From NCBI GenBank assembly GCA_965113315.1, contig OZ220367.1: a DNA stretch of 64,000 nt, one strand, 5' to 3'. The DNA comes from Podarcis vaucheri (taxonomy: Eukaryota). This document shows positions 63,309 to 64,000 of this stretch, piece by piece (within the stretch, counting starts at the first letter, position 1; each line of letters opens with the position of its first letter). Made by a program: the position numbers and the translations under genes. The notes beneath the pieces are model-generated. The model worked only from the letters and a program-made list of their open reading frames with translations, made no database searches and had not been told where the DNA came from.

Positions 63309-63549
63309 CAGTGGTACCTCGCTTTAAGAACAGTCCGGTTTAAGAACAATTTGGTTTACAAACTCTGCAAAACTGGAAATAGTGTTCCGTTTTGCAAAAT
63401 TTACCTCGGTCTAAGAACGGAATCCGAACGGTGGAAGGGCACTGGCAGAGGGAGGCCTCATTAGGGAAATCGCACCTCAGTTTAAGAACGGTTTTGGTTT
63501 AAGAACGGACTTCTGGAACGGATTAAGTTCATAAACCAAGGTACCACTG
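63309..63549. mobile_element. Tigger-like MITE (subfamily 2)
   Basis: TA|CAGTGGTACCTCG ... CCAAGGTACCACTG|TA. Confidence 0.9.
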
Positions 63550-64000
63550 TATTCCAAATCTTGATTCTGAGGTTTTCCTATGCACCAAGTGTTTTACCAC
63601 ACAATTCAGAAGGACTGTAACTGGAGCAGTATGGTATTTATCTCAAACAAGATTACAGCATCAGCTGTTGATAGAAATAAAATCAGGGAACGATGAAGTC
63701 ATTTGGTTGAGGTCTTCCAAGAAAATGTGCTGATACAGGAGTTCTTTTAAGGGGGTGAGCTCCTCCTCTCCCTGTTCTGTTGCCCAGAGCTCTCATATGA
63801 CTTTCCAAGTTAGCCTTTATAATAAAGTCTAAATCTGCTTTATTGGAGGATGCAAGTTCTGTATTCTTAGATTTATGTTGCATATCAGCACTTAAAACTG
63901 TGAAACAACATGCTTTACCTGCCGTTTTCTGCAAATTATCTCTTTGTTTGATTTTGAACTTTATTGCCAATTCCTTTTTCATTTCTTTCACAGGATGTAT

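Larger units (their letters stand above)
25387..64000 (-). other. ADAM12: ADAM12 long upstream intron (intron 3 equivalent, >38 kb, continues beyond the window)
   Basis: No exon resembling ADAM12 exon 3 with a GT donor was found. Mammalian ADAM12 also has a very large intron here. Confidence 0.75.

Noticed and set aside
63683-64000. 102-aa minus-strand ORF and a tcatttctttc match resembling the end of ADAM12 exon 3; also a plus-strand acceptor-like tttctttcacag
   Set aside because: No GT donor at the required position, the peptide is not ADAM-like, and the window ends before any plus-strand exon can be judged.

Overview
Vertebrate genomic DNA, most likely a lacertid lizard (inferred from Sauria SINEs, Squam3-type SINEs, BovB/RTE, CR1 and squamate MITEs). 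The whole window lies inside ADAM12, transcribed on the minus strand. Four coding exons with canonical AG/GT boundaries and consistent phases are recognisable (25308-25386, 13148-13224, 7853-8036, 2528-2593). They correspond to mammalian exons 4-7: prodomain, cysteine switch, RHKR furin site and the start of the metalloprotease domain. Everything above 25387 is one long intron. The introns hold many transposable elements: CR1, BovB, L2, a DIRS/Ngaro remnant, three solo LTRs, Tc1/mariner- and hAT-type MITEs, and several SINE families. Most interesting: (1) a (TA)n-embedded Penelope-like cassette at 18.6-19.5 kb with four minimal hammerhead-ribozyme motifs in two inverted pairs; (2) two nearly identical CR1 copies inverted around exon 5, a possible ~1-kb pre-mRNA duplex; (3) SINEs with three different tRNA heads on one CR1-derived tail, one directly fused behind a 5S rRNA copy; (4) a solo LTR almost filled by an ORF; (5) a small MITE expanded to 2.6 kb by nested insertions. 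No non-TE novel gene could be supported. Family names come from recalled consensus features, not database searches.
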